A stretch of DNA of 64,000 nucleotides, from the NCBI RefSeq assembly GCF_009914755.1, contig NC_060925.1; one strand, 5' to 3'. The first letter of the stretch is position 1. Each line of letters begins with the position of its first letter. The DNA comes from the human T2T-CHM13v2.0 reference genome, Homo sapiens. Below are positions 62,120 through 64,000 of the stretch, in pieces. The translations under genes and the position numbers were made by a program. The notes beneath the pieces were generated by a model that searched no databases, had not been told where the DNA came from, and saw only the letters and a list, made by a program, of their open reading frames with translations.

Positions 62120-64000
62120 ACTCGAATGGAATCATCTAATGGAATGGAATGGAATAATCCACGGACTCGAATGCAATCATCATCGTATAGAATCGAATGG
62201 AATCATCGAAAGGACTCGAATGGAATAACCATTGAACGGAATCAAATGGAATCATCATCGGATGGAAACGAATGGAATCATCATCGAATGGAAATGAAAG
62301 GAGTCATCATCTAATGGAATTGCATGGAATCATCATAAAATGGAATCGAATGGAATCATCATCAAATGGAATCAAATGGAATCATTGAACGGAATTGAAT
62401 GGAATCGTCATCGAATGAATTGAATGCAATCATCGAATGGTCTCGAATGGAATCATCTTCAAATGGAATGGAATGGAATCATCGCATAGAGCCGAATGGA
62501 ATTATCATCGAATGGAATCGAATGGTATCAACATCAAACGGAAAAAAACGGAATTATCGAATGGAATCGAAGAGAATCTTCGAAAGGACCCGAATGGAAT
62601 CATCTAATGGAATGGAATGGAATAATCTATGGACTCGAATGCAATCATCATCGAATGGAATCGAATGGAATCATTGAATGGACTCGAATGGAATAATCAT
62701 TGAACGGAATCGAATGGAATCATCATCGGATGGAAATGAATGGAATCATCATCGAATGGAATCGAATAGAATTATGGAATGAAATCCAGTGTGATCATCA
62801 TCGAATGGACCCGAATGGAATCATCATCCAACGGAAGCTAATGGAATCAACATCGAATGAATCGAAAGGAAACACCATCGAATTGAAACGAATGGAATTA
62901 TCATGAAATTGAAATGGATGGACTCATCATCGAATGGATTCGAATGGAATCATCGAATAAAATTGATTGAAATCATCATCGAATGGAATCGAATGGTATC
63001 ATTGAATGGAATCGAATGGAATCATCATCAGATGGAAATGAATGGAATCGTCATAGAATGGAATCGAATGGATTCATTGAATGGAATCAGATGGAATCAT
63101 CGAATGGACTGGAATGGAATCATTGAATGGACTCGAAAGGGATCATGATTGAATGGAATTGAATGGAATCATCGAATGGTCTCGATTGGAATCATTATCA
63201 AATGGAATCGAATGGAATCACCGAATAGAATCGAATGGAACAATCATCGAATGGACTCAAATGGAATTATCCTCCAATGGAATCGAATGGAATTATCGAA
63301 TGCAATCGAATGGAATTATCGAATGCAATCGAATAGAATCATCGAATGGACTCGAATGGAATCATCGAATGGAATGGAATGGAACAGTCAATGAACTCGA
63401 ATGGAATCATCATTGAATGGAATCGAATGGAATCATCGAGTGGAATCGAATGGAATTATGATCAAATGGAATGGAATGTAATCATCATCAAATGGAATCA
63501 AAAATAACCATCATCAATTGGTATTGAATGGAATTGTCATCAAATGGAATTCAAAGGAATCATCATCAAATGGAACCGAATGGAATCCTCATTGAATGGA
63601 AATGAAAGGGGTCATCATCTAATGGAATCGCATGGAATCATCATCAAATGGAATCGAATGGAATCATCATCAAATGGAATCTAATGGAATCATTGAAAAG
63701 AATTGAATGGAATCATCATCGAATGAATTGAATGCAATCATCGAATGGTCTCGAATGGAATCATCTTCTAATGGAAAGGAATGGAATCATCGCATAGAAT
63801 CGAATGGAATTATCATCGAATGGAATCGAATGGTATCAACACCAAACGGAAAAAAGCGGAATTATCGAATGGAATCGAAGAGAATCATCGAACGGACCCG
63901 AATGGAATCATCTAATGGAATGGAATGGAATAATCCATGGACTCGAATGCAATCATCATCGAATGGAATCGAATGGAATCATCGAATGGACTCGAATGGA

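Larger units (their letters stand above)
1..64000 (+). repeat. Human satellite II (HSat2/HSATII) pericentromeric tandem array, GAATG strand on +; probably the chr1q12 1.77-kb-unit subfamily (HSat2A2/D1Z1)
   Basis: Every line consists of GAATG-derived motifs with the HSat2-diagnostic TCGAATG (CATTCGA on the - strand) and ATCATC spacers. I saw no unique sequence or inversion. The dominant period is 1776 bp, with EcoRI sites at 11883, 13659 and 15435. The family call is secure; the chromosome is inferred from the known 1.77-kb EcoRI unit. Confidence 0.96.

Noticed and set aside
184-63416. About 200 + strand ORFs of 60-163 aa (MESSSNELNAIIEW..., MKLKWMDSS..., MELSSNGIEW...)
   Set aside because: They are low-complexity translations of GAATG/ATC repeats, overlap in all three frames, recur with the satellite period and gain or lose stops at random between copies. 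The - strand has none because TCA on + gives frequent TGA stops. There is no evidence of coding function; I used them only as positional markers.
1-64000. CRISPR-like or other prokaryotic repeat-spacer system
   Set aside because: There are no unique spacers, leader or cas-like genes. The sequence between repeats is itself the same satellite.
1-64000. Satellite III (HSat3), alpha satellite or telomeric repeat
   Set aside because: Perfect GGAAT runs are at most about 3-4 copies and TCGAATG/ATCATC dominate, which is the HSat2 pattern. There is no 171-bp monomer or TTAGGG tract.
1-64000. Embedded transposon, unique island or strand inversion
   Set aside because: On reading through I found no Alu/L1/LTR-like sequence, poly-A tail or switch to CATTC orientation. 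The longest A run is about 8 nt.

Overview
The whole 64 kb window is one uninterrupted, single-orientation tandem array of classical human satellite II (HSat2/HSATII). It is degenerate (GAATG)n organised into ~23/26-bp monomers such as GAATGGAATCATCATCGAATGGAATC, with the purine-rich strand on +. A marker (ATGAAATTGAAATGGATGG, the 'MKLKWMD' ORF start) recurs 37 times and gives 36 higher-order units: 14 x 1776 bp, 7 x 1308, 3 x 1753, 3 x 1923, 2 x 2244, 2 x 1773, and one each of 1750, 2218, 3077, 1307 and 1285. The 1776-bp unit usually carries one EcoRI site, which fits the chromosome 1q12 HSat2 array (pUC1.77/D1Z1, HSat2A2 type). All listed ORFs are satellite translation artefacts. I find no gene, transposon, CRISPR array or new protein-based system. 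The notable content is the nested architecture: units of 1308 + n x 468 bp, recent 3,997-bp and 11,493-bp duplications, recurrent quantised indels (23, 26, 147 bp), a diverged sub-lineage confined to the last 26 kb, long-range mosaicism, and periodic DUX4-like motifs.
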